Source of the DNA: a virus
DNA: 64,000 nucleotides
IMG/VR virus record: IMGVR_UViG_3300031413_000624
Reading direction: 5' to 3' (one strand)
This document shows, piece by piece, positions 47,606 through 57,847 of the stretch (position 1 is its first letter; the number at the start of each line of letters is the position of its first letter). Under the pieces are notes generated by a model. The model was given only the letters and a program-made list of their open reading frames with translations. It was not told the DNA's origin and ran no database searches. Both the position numbers and the translations under genes were made by a program.

Positions 47606-47690
47606 CCTAAAAGAATGAACACATGTGGGAGCAACTAAAGCTATACAGTTGCTCCCACATGTGTTATAGTAGAGTTTTCTATAAGAAAGA

Positions 47691-48179
47691 TTGATCCATA
47701 TGCTCACAGAGTATCTCCGAGGTGAAAACAACGAGGCCGCTCTTGCTGCCCTTGCTATGCAGGAAGCGTTCAAGCTTCCCCGTGATGATGAAGCAATGGA
47801 AGCATTATATACAACAGTAGACCATGATTCACTTATCAAAGGATTAGTGTTCATTAGCTCTTGTATTGCTGTTGCTGTCACTAAAGATGAAACCCCGCAT
47901 CGTTTCTACTCATTCTTCCGAGCAGCTCTTAATGGTGGTCCTCCTCTGGAAACTTATGAAGATGATGCTATTACGCTGATGGAAGCTTCCTTAGAGGATG
48001 ACGAAGCAATCTTTGAGTTAGTGCTCTGCTCAGTAACAAGCAAAGTGGAAGTCATTGCTGCATTATGCGCAACGAACGTTCACTTTGTTCAGAACTCTCC
48101 GTATGGTGATTTTAGTCAGAAGGTTTTCGATGCTATTCGCTCAACCCTGATTCAGGATTACCTGAAGGAAGACCTCTAA
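47691..48179 (+). CDS. hypothetical protein
   Basis: ORF. Confidence 0.45.
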   Translation: MIHMLTEYLRGENNEAALAALAMQEAFKLPRDDEAMEALYTTVDHDSLIKGLVFISSCIAVAVTKDETPHRFYSFFRAALNGGPPLETYEDDAITLMEASLEDDEAIFELVLCSVTSKVEVIAALCATNVHFVQNSPYGDFSQKVFDAIRSTLIQDYLKEDL

Positions 48180-48196
48180 TCCGTTAGATATAATGC

Positions 48197-49012
48197 ATGG
48201 CGTTGTTCTCTCGGAAACATAAATGCAAAGCAGCTAATCCTGCTGCTTGCACTGATCCTCGTTGCCCAGATAAGAAAGTTCTTCTGCAAGCCTTTGAATC
48301 AGCTTTATCAGAAGGCGATTACCAGAAGATGTTCAACGCAAGGGACGAGATGGAAAAATTCAAGCCTATCTCTATTACTCCTGCGAGAACTCCTGAGGAC
48401 TGGGACACGCTTCTTGTCAAGTCAGATGAGAACGAGTATAAAACTGTCAGCATTATGCCAAAGAAGCAAGCTGCTTCCTATGATACCAGTGTCATTCCTC
48501 AGTTCGATTCTTTCTCCGCCATTCAGGAGTACTTTTCCAAGGATAAGAATGTCTTGTTGAAATTGAAAAATTTGGATGAGCAGATGCCAGAAGCACAATG
48601 TATCTCTCTGAGAGAGTTCTATGTTTCGCCTGCATTGAGAGGGCAAGGTGTCGGCAAATGGATTCTCAACATCATCACAAAGCATGCTGATGACCATGGA
48701 GCTATTGTCTTTTTGACTCCTACCTCGTCAGGTGACAATAAGCTTTCACCTGACCACGTGGATTATGTAAAACGTGCAGTTCAGCATCGTTCTCGTATCA
48801 CAGACTTCTACTCCAAGCATGGTTTCCAACAGAATCCTTTCTGGTTTCCTTGGGGTGGCAAAGATGAACTCACCAACGAACCATGGAATCCTGACAAGCA
48901 GGCTCAAACACAATTCTCAGAGACAGCAAAGAACTATCTGAGCAACTACACTGTCGCCCAAATGATGAGAAAGCCAGCAGCGGGTTGGCCAAAGTCCTGG
49001 GTAACCCTCTAA
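48197..49012 (+). CDS. GNAT-like acetyltransferase with N-terminal Cys3 motif
   Basis: RGQGVGKWIL motif A; N-terminal CKAANPAACTDPRCP. Confidence 0.5.
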   Translation: MALFSRKHKCKAANPAACTDPRCPDKKVLLQAFESALSEGDYQKMFNARDEMEKFKPISITPARTPEDWDTLLVKSDENEYKTVSIMPKKQAASYDTSVIPQFDSFSAIQEYFSKDKNVLLKLKNLDEQMPEAQCISLREFYVSPALRGQGVGKWILNIITKHADDHGAIVFLTPTSSGDNKLSPDHVDYVKRAVQHRSRITDFYSKHGFQQNPFWFPWGGKDELTNEPWNPDKQAQTQFSETAKNYLSNYTVAQMMRKPAAGWPKSWVTL

Positions 49013-49051
49013 AAGCTTTTACCATAGCTTATTCCGATAGAATGAGCTGAC

Positions 49052-50512
49052 ATGAGTATCCAGAATTCAGCAGCCGTTAAAACCAGAGTGCTTTCCTTAT
49101 GGGAGCAGCCTCGTTTCTTTGTTGGCCTCATCCTTATTCTCATTACTTCATTCAGCTTGATCCGAGCCAGTTATTTCCCTGAAACAGATGTGTTATGGGG
49201 AGCCCGTAATGGGGAAGAACTTGTCAAAAATGGGTTTCATGTTTACATTGCAGATACTTGGAATCTTACAACATTAGGACGAGTCTGGTCGCCAAATTCC
49301 TGGCTATGGAATGTTATTCTATTCCTCTTTTACCATGCGTTCGGAACTATAGGGTTTGTGATCCTCACTGCCATCACAAATTTCTTAACATACCTGTTTA
49401 TTTTTCTGACAACCAGAAAGCTCAAAGTTCCAGCTACCTGGCAGTTCCTCATTCTCATAGCTTCATGGATTGTGTTGACTGCATATATGAACGGTAGATC
49501 AAACGCCGCAGACGTGTTGATCCTGACAGGGTTTGTCTATCTGTCTTCTTTCTTACGCTTCAAAAACCCATTCATTACAGCATCCAGCATTATCGTAGGT
49601 TCTTTCCTCATCCAAGTACTGTGGCTGAATATCCATCTGACTGCAATATTAGGGTTAGTACTTCTTCCTGCTATCACATTTATTCTACAAAAAGGCAAGC
49701 CTTTCTGGAATAAGGCAGGCTTGGCAGTAGCTTCGCTTATTGGAACCGCGTCAGCTATGCTAGTTTCTCCTTTTGGGTTAGAAGGATTAGCGAAGACTCT
49801 GCAGACTCGAAACGAGTCAGTGAACTTCTTTGTAGAATGGTCCAACATTTTCTATACAGGAGAGCCGAACTGGCCAGTTATTATCATGCTGCTCATCGGA
49901 GTTGGGTTGAGTGTATACCTCTTTACTCAGAAACAGTATCTTGTTGTAGCACTGTTTGCTGTGTTTATTTATGAATCGTACACCGCTATTCGGTTTGCTC
50001 CGTACCTGCTGGTTCTCTCATTAGCTTGTCTTGTCTACATCAAACGATGGAGTGAACCGAAATGGTTTAGTTTGTTGAAGTTTGTAGGCATTGTCATCTC
50101 AGTGATTATTATGGTGGTTGCGTTGGGTGTTGGGGCAAAAGCTGTTATTAACCCGAATAGTACTGTACCTGTGAATCCTATCCTTTTCAAGGAAATCCCA
50201 CAGAATGCTCATGTTGCAACAACGTGGCGTTCCAGTGCTGAACTTATTTTGTACCGCCCTGATACGAAAATCATTATTGACGGTAGGAATGATTTCATTG
50301 GGAAGAAGCAGTATAAAGAAGCAAATGATGTTTTCGCAAAGACAAGCACATTATACATCAAGAATTGGTTCGCCAAGTATGACATTGATACTGTTTTCGT
50401 ACCTGACTCTTCTTTGCCTGAGTACGAGAATATCATCAAACAGATGAAGAAACTTGGTTGGTCTGAACACCAGTATCAGCAATCAGTTACTTTTGTCGAA
50501 GTAAGCAAGTAA
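49052..50512 (+). CDS. polytopic membrane protein (possible GT-C-like glycosyltransferase)
   Basis: About 12 TM helices; TAGAAT 8 nt before the ATG. Confidence 0.5.
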   Translation: MSIQNSAAVKTRVLSLWEQPRFFVGLILILITSFSLIRASYFPETDVLWGARNGEELVKNGFHVYIADTWNLTTLGRVWSPNSWLWNVILFLFYHAFGTIGFVILTAITNFLTYLFIFLTTRKLKVPATWQFLILIASWIVLTAYMNGRSNAADVLILTGFVYLSSFLRFKNPFITASSIIVGSFLIQVLWLNIHLTAILGLVLLPAITFILQKGKPFWNKAGLAVASLIGTASAMLVSPFGLEGLAKTLQTRNESVNFFVEWSNIFYTGEPNWPVIIMLLIGVGLSVYLFTQKQYLVVALFAVFIYESYTAIRFAPYLLVLSLACLVYIKRWSEPKWFSLLKFVGIVISVIIMVVALGVGAKAVINPNSTVPVNPILFKEIPQNAHVATTWRSSAELILYRPDTKIIIDGRNDFIGKKQYKEANDVFAKTSTLYIKNWFAKYDIDTVFVPDSSLPEYENIIKQMKKLGWSEHQYQQSVTFVEVSK

Positions 50513-50559
50513 ACCCTCTAAAAATCAATGGTTGTGGGTCCGATAGGGATAAGTATAGC

Positions 50560-51786
50560 TTGTCGAAAAGAAAGATTTTTAGATCATCCATGGTTACTCA
50601 CACACTAATACAGCAGGACAACTTAGCATTTCTCAATGAAGAGGTTGAGAAGAACGTTTACGAGTTGCAACGCAATGTTGACACCATCTACATTGATCCT
50701 CCTTATAACACAGGGAACCATGAGGCAACAGGCTTCACATACAATGACGATTTTGGTAAAAATGCTGACCGTCATACTGCCTGGTTACAATTCATGAAGG
50801 AACGCCTCGTTCCAGCTCGCACCTTACTGAAAAACACAGGAGTTGTTGTTATCTCCATTGATGATTCAGAGGTCCATCGTCTTCGCGTTCTCATGGATGA
50901 AATTTTCGGTGAACAGAACTTTATCGCCCAGATCGTTGTTGATGGTGGAAATCCAAAGAACAACGCTCGTTTCCTATCTACTACTCATGAATACATGCTG
51001 GTATATGCCCGTTCAGCTCATGCGTTATATAAGTCAGGCGTGAAATGGCGTAAACGACGCGAAGGTATTGACAAGCTTCTCAAAGAGTATGAGCGCTCTA
51101 AGAAGCGCTACAAAGAAGACTACGAGCAGGTCACAGCTCATTTGAAGCAGTGGGTCAAAGGTCAGAAGCTTACCAAACGTCTGAAAGTGTTTTATAACGC
51201 TGATGCGAAAGGTTTGTACACCTATGCTGACTTGTCTGCGCCAGGAGCTGGGTTGCGGTACGAAGTTTTGCATCCAGTAACTGGTAAGCCTTCCCAGGTT
51301 CCTTCTCGAGGCTGGGGTTTGAGTGAAACCAAGTTCAAAGCGTTAGACGCTGCTGGTTTAGTACTGTACGGGAAAGATGAGACGGCACAGCCTTTGAAGA
51401 AGTTGTATTTGCAAGATAAGAAAGACCAAGTGCAGAAAAGCATTCTTGAATACCCTTCACGCTCCTCAACTCATTTGTTAGAGAAGTTATTAGGTCGTCG
51501 TAGTTCATTCAACAACCCGAAGAATTTGCAGATGATGACAGATTTGATTGACCTCATCACACCTGAAGACGGAACCGTTCTGGACTTCTTCGCGGGTAGT
51601 GGAACAACAGGACATGCTGTTCTTGCATTGAACAATAAAGGTTCAAAGCGTAAGTTTGTTCTGGTTACAAACAATGAGAACAACATTTTCTACGATGTCA
51701 CAAAGCCTCGGTTAGAGAAAGCTGTTGAAGCTCTGAAATCAGAAGATGTTGTTAAAACTGTTGAACACGTCAATCATTTATCCTAA
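50560..51786 (+). CDS. N6-adenine/N4-cytosine DNA methyltransferase (beta class)
   Basis: IYIDPPYNTG (motif IV) upstream of FAGSGTTGHA (motif I); TTG start. Confidence 0.8.
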   Translation: MSKRKIFRSSMVTHTLIQQDNLAFLNEEVEKNVYELQRNVDTIYIDPPYNTGNHEATGFTYNDDFGKNADRHTAWLQFMKERLVPARTLLKNTGVVVISIDDSEVHRLRVLMDEIFGEQNFIAQIVVDGGNPKNNARFLSTTHEYMLVYARSAHALYKSGVKWRKRREGIDKLLKEYERSKKRYKEDYEQVTAHLKQWVKGQKLTKRLKVFYNADAKGLYTYADLSAPGAGLRYEVLHPVTGKPSQVPSRGWGLSETKFKALDAAGLVLYGKDETAQPLKKLYLQDKKDQVQKSILEYPSRSSTHLLEKLLGRRSSFNNPKNLQMMTDLIDLITPEDGTVLDFFAGSGTTGHAVLALNNKGSKRKFVLVTNNENNIFYDVTKPRLEKAVEALKSEDVVKTVEHVNHLS

Positions 51787-51822
51787 ACCGATTGTAGACA
51801 GGTATATAGAAAGAGAATTATT

Positions 51823-52425
51823 ATGAGTATTATCATCACTCCTAACCAGGTAGCTTCACGAGACAATCGTGCTCCTGCTCCTGCTACAAAGCCAGACGGT
51901 TCAGGTTTCCAATGGCGCATGTTCTACCAAAGCAACAGCATGATTGCTGATGTTGACTCAACCGCTGATGCTCTTGAAGTTCTTAGTTCAGGCTATGCTT
52001 CATTGAGTACAGAAGAGAAGCTGGAAGACCGTATCCGTTTAGCTCAGACTGTCCAAATCAATGCCCGTAGCATCATCGCTTCACGCATTTCTCAGAAGAC
52101 TGCTTCCGAACTCAAAGACTGGGAATGGGAGGTTCTCCTATATCAGGGTGACCCATATGGTTGGGGCAATGGTACAGGTAAACTGGGTGAGCAGGATGAT
52201 GAGAGCTTAGATATTTGGTCTTCTGACATTCCATTAGTCCTCGTGTCAACCTCTTATGCGCCTCATACGGATATCATCAAACCCATTTCCATTGAAGGTG
52301 ATTATAAGGAAGTAAAGAACCTTATCTGGCTCCGTCCAGAGCATGAGTTAGAGTTTCTGCAAACACTTTCTCGCATTGGTTATATTACATTTGGCCGTCC
52401 AGCTGTAGAAGACGTTTACGCTTGA
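51823..52425 (+). CDS. hypothetical protein
   Basis: ORF. Confidence 0.45.
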   Translation: MSIIITPNQVASRDNRAPAPATKPDGSGFQWRMFYQSNSMIADVDSTADALEVLSSGYASLSTEEKLEDRIRLAQTVQINARSIIASRISQKTASELKDWEWEVLLYQGDPYGWGNGTGKLGEQDDESLDIWSSDIPLVLVSTSYAPHTDIIKPISIEGDYKEVKNLIWLRPEHELEFLQTLSRIGYITFGRPAVEDVYA

Positions 52426-52502
52426 AGCATTTTCTGTAAAAGGACCAAAGTACACGCTTTACTTGATAGCTATAAAGCAAGCTAAACCCAGAAGGAAAAT
52501 AC

Positions 52503-55500
52503 ATGTGTAATGCGATCCGTGATGGCGGTCAACGTTGTGCCGTCCACCAACACACAAGCACAGCTGCTATTCGTACAGTAGCAGCTCATACCGGATTAGA
52601 AGTCCGACAGGTTGAAAGTGTCTTCCGTGAACTCCGCCGTGAAGGTGGACGTAACGCTGCACCAGTGCCGCAATCAACCTTAGATGCCATTCAGACAGAG
52701 TTTCGCACCATTGCTGAGGCTTTACCTGTTCACGCTTTATATGAGCGTCAGATGGCTTCTGCTGCAGAAACCAATGAAGAACAGACTCCTCAGACTCACT
52801 ACGCTTTACAGCGTTTACTGACGCGTTCTACTGAACGTGCTGCGAGCTTACAGGATGCTTTCAACGACTTAGCAAACCGGACAGGATATGCCGCTGAGGA
52901 ACTTCGTTACCGGTATCAGACAGAGTATGCTGCTGTTCCAACAGGTAACGGTGTTGACATCCCAGAGGAAATGACCCCCGCAAACCGAGCACGAGCTCGC
53001 CGGTCAGGTCTTCCTTATGACCGTCCATCAGTTGTTGCTTTCGAACGCACTCGTGAGCTTGCAGAGAGAAATCATGTTTACGAGGAAGCTAACCGTCGTA
53101 TAACATCATGGGAATCTCCTAACGCTGAAAACTCAAGCATTGCAGTCATGGGTTATGATGAAGGGCGTTTGGAACTGTATTTCACAAACGCCCCTGAACA
53201 GCTATACTCTTACCAGAATGTTCCAGAAGACTTGTGGAACCGTCTACGTGAATCTCCTCGTCCAGGAATGATTTATTCACGTAGCATTAGTGGTAATGAA
53301 GAGTTCCAGTATGCCTCAGCAGCAGAAGCTGGACGCGATGCTTACCGTGTTCGCTGTGCAGCTTGTGGACAGTTCCGTGCCGCAGTTCATTCCTGCCCAG
53401 AACGCGCTCATCGTGAGCGCTTAGTCCGCGCTGGATACACAACTGAGGAAATCGTTGAAGCTTTGGCCAACGGCACTGATGTTGTAGAAGAATCAGTTGC
53501 TTCTGAAACTTCTCATGAATTATTTGCTCGTATTCCTCAGGCCGATTCTGCCGATGAGTCGTCTGTCAGAGAGTTTATTGCTTCTGAACACTTCCAGGAG
53601 AGAATGCCATTCGGTCAAGCTGTCCAAACTGAAAATGGCCGTTGGGTCGTTGATTTAGTTGACTACTCAAACGAAGAGCAATCTGAGAACCCCTTCGGCG
53701 ACAATCGTTTCTTTGACTCTCGTTACAGCTCTATCAATAACCGTGGAACGTCTCGCTGGACTCATGACTTTGCAGACCGTGATAATCCTACCTCAGATGA
53801 ACTCATGGAAATTAGCCAGTACCATACTGCGTACAGAAGTTTATCTGGTGTTAGAACACTGCATTATGTTAACGTTGTGCGCGATAATTTACAAAGCATG
53901 GATTTCCGCATGCCAGTTCAGGCAAGTTTCACAGGACTTAACTCTCCTGATGATTCAGGCCGCTACCTTCCCTCAGGTACAGTAACTGGGTCTTTGACTC
54001 TTGGACGTTTAGAAGAAGGAGAACGTCTTGAAGATGCTGTTGCCCGTGAGCGGAACTTGCGTTGTGATTGTGCCGACTACCAGGAAAATTACGACTGTAT
54101 TCATGTTCGTACAGTAACTCGTAACCCTTATGTCTTCTTAGCAAACCGCAGTAACCAGTTTATTGAAGGTGAACACCTGCGCGATTACCGTTCAGGTTTC
54201 ATCACTGCGATTTCTGAAGAAGAAAGTATGCGCAGTTACATGCGTGATAACGGCATGACTCGTGAAGAAGCATCGGCAGCGATTGAAGCCGAACGCGCTG
54301 AGCGTCGCCGTATTGAAGAAGAGCAGCAAGCATATTACCAGGCTTCTCTTGCTGACCGTCGCCGTATTGACATGGAACGTGGTACTCGTAATGCACAACG
54401 TTTAGCTACAACTAATGCTGCGGTTATTGCTGAGAATGATGCTCATCGTGCTCGTATGGCTGCTCGTTGGGAAGAAGTTGAACCAGGTTACTCTGATAAC
54501 GTGGATGCTTTGTACGAAGACTATGTGACCACTATGCGTCGTCGTCGTGCAGGTGAAGAAGTTCTTGATTACCGTACTGAGAATGTCACTGATGGTATTT
54601 GCTCTCCAGAACCTGGTGGACGTGCGTTTGGTGTTGAGTTAGAGTTCGATATTGACCCAAACACTAACCGTTATCAAGCTCTGCAAACAATTGCTCGTGA
54701 ACTCCACGAAGCAGGTCTTACTGAAAATGACTACCAGACCAGCTACCATTCTGCTCGCAGAAGTGGATGGGGTTCTTGGTCATTTGAAGAAGACTCCACT
54801 GTTTCAGGTGAACTCGTTTCTCCTATCATGCGAGATACTCCTGAACATTGGCAACAGTTGCAGACAGCTCTTGAAATCATCAAGCGTAATGGTGGAATCT
54901 CAACAACACGTACTGGTTCCCACGTTCACATTTCAACAGCATCATACGAATCCTCACCAGCAAAGCACATGGAACTTATTCGTCAGGTAAATGCTAACGA
55001 AGAAATGATGTATCGTTTAGCTTCTAGTCCCGAGCGTGGAAATCACCGTGGTATGCAATGGTGTGGTCCTAACGTAAATACAGGTGTAGATGATATCTCA
55101 GCTGATGTTTCCAGTGCGCATAACGTTATGCATGACCATGTTGGACATGGCTATGCTATGAACTTCGAGTCCACATATCAGCAGGATTACCGTCGTTCAA
55201 ACGTTGAATTCCGTATGTGGGACGGTACCCTTGATGCAGCTGTTATCCAGCGTCAAGTTATGGTTTCTGCTGCTATGACAGACTACGCTGAGCGTAATGT
55301 CATTGAAAACGGTAGAACTTCTGCTGTTCCTCGTCAAACTGTCGGTGGAGAAAGAGAAGTTCAGCGACAGATTCATACTGGACGTGGACGGTTAAGTCGT
55401 GAACACTTTGAACAAACAATGGGAAACGCTCCTCAATTTATGGACAACCTATTCCGTCGTCAAGAGGACCGTCGTCGTGTAGCTGAGCTGTTCTCCATTA

Positions 55501-55550
55501 CCAATTGGGCTGATTACAGTGACAATTACGAGGAAGACTACGATTACTGA
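52503..55550 (+). CDS. 1015-aa multidomain protein: N-terminal Cys-His motif, SWIM-like zinc finger, C-terminal amidoligase-like domain
   Basis: MCNAIRDGGQRCAVHQH; CDCADYQENYDCIH; GVELEFDI ... TGSHVHIS, as in the glutamine-synthetase-like amidoligase fold. Confidence 0.55.
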   Translation: MCNAIRDGGQRCAVHQHTSTAAIRTVAAHTGLEVRQVESVFRELRREGGRNAAPVPQSTLDAIQTEFRTIAEALPVHALYERQMASAAETNEEQTPQTHYALQRLLTRSTERAASLQDAFNDLANRTGYAAEELRYRYQTEYAAVPTGNGVDIPEEMTPANRARARRSGLPYDRPSVVAFERTRELAERNHVYEEANRRITSWESPNAENSSIAVMGYDEGRLELYFTNAPEQLYSYQNVPEDLWNRLRESPRPGMIYSRSISGNEEFQYASAAEAGRDAYRVRCAACGQFRAAVHSCPERAHRERLVRAGYTTEEIVEALANGTDVVEESVASETSHELFARIPQADSADESSVREFIASEHFQERMPFGQAVQTENGRWVVDLVDYSNEEQSENPFGDNRFFDSRYSSINNRGTSRWTHDFADRDNPTSDELMEISQYHTAYRSLSGVRTLHYVNVVRDNLQSMDFRMPVQASFTGLNSPDDSGRYLPSGTVTGSLTLGRLEEGERLEDAVARERNLRCDCADYQENYDCIHVRTVTRNPYVFLANRSNQFIEGEHLRDYRSGFITAISEEESMRSYMRDNGMTREEASAAIEAERAERRRIEEEQQAYYQASLADRRRIDMERGTRNAQRLATTNAAVIAENDAHRARMAARWEEVEPGYSDNVDALYEDYVTTMRRRRAGEEVLDYRTENVTDGICSPEPGGRAFGVELEFDIDPNTNRYQALQTIARELHEAGLTENDYQTSYHSARRSGWGSWSFEEDSTVSGELVSPIMRDTPEHWQQLQTALEIIKRNGGISTTRTGSHVHISTASYESSPAKHMELIRQVNANEEMMYRLASSPERGNHRGMQWCGPNVNTGVDDISADVSSAHNVMHDHVGHGYAMNFESTYQQDYRRSNVEFRMWDGTLDAAVIQRQVMVSAAMTDYAERNVIENGRTSAVPRQTVGGEREVQRQIHTGRGRLSREHFEQTMGNAPQFMDNLFRRQEDRRRVAELFSITNWADYSDNYEEDYDY

Positions 55551-56180
55551 TTAGCGTAGGGTGGTTTCCAACGCTGACACAGAGTTCAGGTATTCTTCAA
55601 CATCGGAGAACAAACCATCTGTGAACGCTGCGGAAACCATCCTTGCTTGTAATTGCAGCCCCATCTCGTCACCTGAAAGCTTTTTTGCTAACCCTGTCAG
55701 AGTGTAATCCTCTTTTGAAGGCACGCCCAAGTTGTGGATCAATTCTACTGCTGCTTGAATCTGTTTTTCATTGAGAGCTTTATCCTCTGACAGGGTTTTG
55801 TGCATCCATGAGGTGACATCAGCTTTCAATACGGCGTTTTGCTCGATGTAGTCTTCTTCTGTGGTAAGAAGCCAAGAGAAGCTACCTTCATTCTTCCACT
55901 CATTGAGATTATGCTGGACTCCGATTGTATCAAGTCGCTCAATGAGTTCCGCTCCTGCAATGATGACAACATCGTTGATTGTTCCTGCTGGCTCAACCTC
56001 AGGCTGCCAAACGTACAGGTCTTCGCCTGGTTGCAATTCAGCTACTTCCCCGTTGTCGCCTTTGTAGATTGTTGTTCCATCTTCTTCTTTGTAGAAGGGT
56101 ACTGCGGTAACGAGCGTGCCTACATTTGCAACTTGATTTGGAACGAACCCGTAAAGTGGGCGAGTGGTTGTATCTGTCAT
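55551..56180 (-). CDS. hypothetical protein (209 aa)
   Basis: ORF. Confidence 0.45.
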   Translation of the reverse strand: MTDTTTRPLYGFVPNQVANVGTLVTAVPFYKEEDGTTIYKGDNGEVAELQPGEDLYVWQPEVEPAGTINDVVIIAGAELIERLDTIGVQHNLNEWKNEGSFSWLLTTEEDYIEQNAVLKADVTSWMHKTLSEDKALNEKQIQAAVELIHNLGVPSKEDYTLTGLAKKLSGDEMGLQLQARMVSAAFTDGLFSDVEEYLNSVSALETTLR

Positions 56181-56232
56181 GAGAGAAGACTACCAAACTG
56201 TTGATGTTTAGAGGATTTTGAGAACTTTAATT

Positions 56233-56249
56233 ATTTTTCGTCAATTTGA
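56233..56249. promoter_or_regulatory. TTTTTCGTCA-att-TGAC motif (copy 3), next to TTGCCG-N17-TACACT
   Basis: Seen at 56233-56249; promoter hexamers at 56258 and 56281. Confidence 0.45.
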
Positions 56250-56346
56250 CTGAAAAACTTGCCGATACTCTTTAAGAGTGATACACTAAGAACATAACGA
56301 ACGGGGTTACTTGAACGCCCGAGAAAAACAACAAGGAGCAAAAATT

Positions 56347-56970
56347 ATGTGGTACATCATCCACACCAATTATGACCTCACCGAAGGTCGCGGCTGGGAA
56401 ATTCCCACCACTATTACTCAGGACCGTAACGTCGCCCTCTGGTACGCTCACACCTATCGCCCATTCTACGGCCAGGTGCAGGGCATCCACGCTGTACATG
56501 GTGCCGACAAGCTGACTTATGACCGTGAGCATGAATTCTTGAAGACCTACCCTCGTGGTGAAATTGTTGACCCTGAGTTGAACGCTCAGTGGAAGCAGTA
56601 CGAAAAGACTTTCACTGACCAGGGCAGGAAGTTGCCTGAACCTCCCATGAACCCTCAGACAGTGTATGTCGTCGGTTATGTAACGGACCCAGGTATTGGT
56701 GGGACAGTCATTCGGAACCAGTTCATGCCTGCCCAGTTCTTCACGGATTATAACGAAGCACAGCAGGCAGCTATTGCAGGTGCTGATGCAGGTAATAAAA
56801 TCTGGCACATCATTGCATTGGAAACAGACACCTACTGTGGGACTCGTGCTATGGCGAAGGAACGTATCTTCACCTACCCTGTTCCGAAGCCCGCTATTGT
56901 TGAAACTGAACAGATTCAGCAGTATGATATTGATGAACTGACAGACCTGTTCACAGTAGGAGCGAAGTAA
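56347..56970 (+). CDS. hypothetical protein
   Basis: AAGGAG RBS before the ATG at 56347. Confidence 0.5.
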   Translation: MWYIIHTNYDLTEGRGWEIPTTITQDRNVALWYAHTYRPFYGQVQGIHAVHGADKLTYDREHEFLKTYPRGEIVDPELNAQWKQYEKTFTDQGRKLPEPPMNPQTVYVVGYVTDPGIGGTVIRNQFMPAQFFTDYNEAQQAAIAGADAGNKIWHIIALETDTYCGTRAMAKERIFTYPVPKPAIVETEQIQQYDIDELTDLFTVGAK

Positions 56971-56971
56971 C

Positions 56972-57175
56972 ATGGCAAACAATAACGAATTCACAGTTGA
57001 GAATCTGCAACGGATTATCAACTTGATGAATCACGGAAAAACTGACTTGACAGGTGTGTCGGAAATGAACATTAAGTTCGCTCCGAATGTTTCAGGGCGA
57101 ATTGTCGCTAAGAATGATGACACATTTGTTTTCGTTCCCAACAGTCACCAAGACATTGACCAATTCGGTCGCTAA
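56972..57175 (+). CDS. small hypothetical protein
   Basis: ORF, start adjacent to the upstream stop. Confidence 0.35.
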   Translation: MANNNEFTVENLQRIINLMNHGKTDLTGVSEMNIKFAPNVSGRIVAKNDDTFVFVPNSHQDIDQFGR

Positions 57176-57191
57176 GATTTAGGAGAATATC

Positions 57192-57779
57192 ATGACAAAG
57201 GGTTTGCTTATCGTTGACGTGCAGAACGATTTTATTGAAGGGGGTAGCCTGGCAGTCGCAGGAGGAGAGAAAGTCGCTCTAACGCTTGCAGAGCACCTCC
57301 TGGATGCTGATTACCATGCGCTCATCACCACTCAGGACTGGCACATTGAGCCTGGAAACCATTGGGCAGAAACTCCCGACTATGTGGACACCTGGCCTGT
57401 GCATTGCGCTGCAAACACTGCTGGTGCATCGGTACGCCCTGAGCTGGCGGCTGCCATTGTTTCCAAGGTCAGCGAACAGCGAAGCCTTCGGTATTTGCGC
57501 ATCGTCAAGGGTGAGTATGAAGCAGCTTACTCAGGTTTTGAAGGCCGCGACTTTCTTGGAGGGAATGAGAAGGTTCCTACCCTTATCCGTGAGCTTGGTG
57601 TAGATGAACTGGACATTGTAGGACTGGCGACAGACCATTGTGTTCGCGCTACTGTTCTGGACGCTCTGAAAGCGGGATTCAAGGTAAACGTCCTCACCGA
57701 CTATGTTGCAGGTGTCGACCCTGAGCGCTCCAAAGCAGCTCTTGCTGAAATGGAAACAGCAGGCGCAACTCTCGTCTAA
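57192..57779 (+). CDS. pncA: isochorismatase-family hydrolase, nicotinamidase (PncA)-like
   Basis: LLIVDVQNDF; catalytic GLATDHCV. Confidence 0.7.
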   Translation: MTKGLLIVDVQNDFIEGGSLAVAGGEKVALTLAEHLLDADYHALITTQDWHIEPGNHWAETPDYVDTWPVHCAANTAGASVRPELAAAIVSKVSEQRSLRYLRIVKGEYEAAYSGFEGRDFLGGNEKVPTLIRELGVDELDIVGLATDHCVRATVLDALKAGFKVNVLTDYVAGVDPERSKAALAEMETAGATLV

Positions 57780-57847
57780 ATCAAGATAACGAAGAAGCTG
57801 ACTGGCATGAAATACGCCAGTCAGCTTCTTCGCGTTAGGAATGAATT

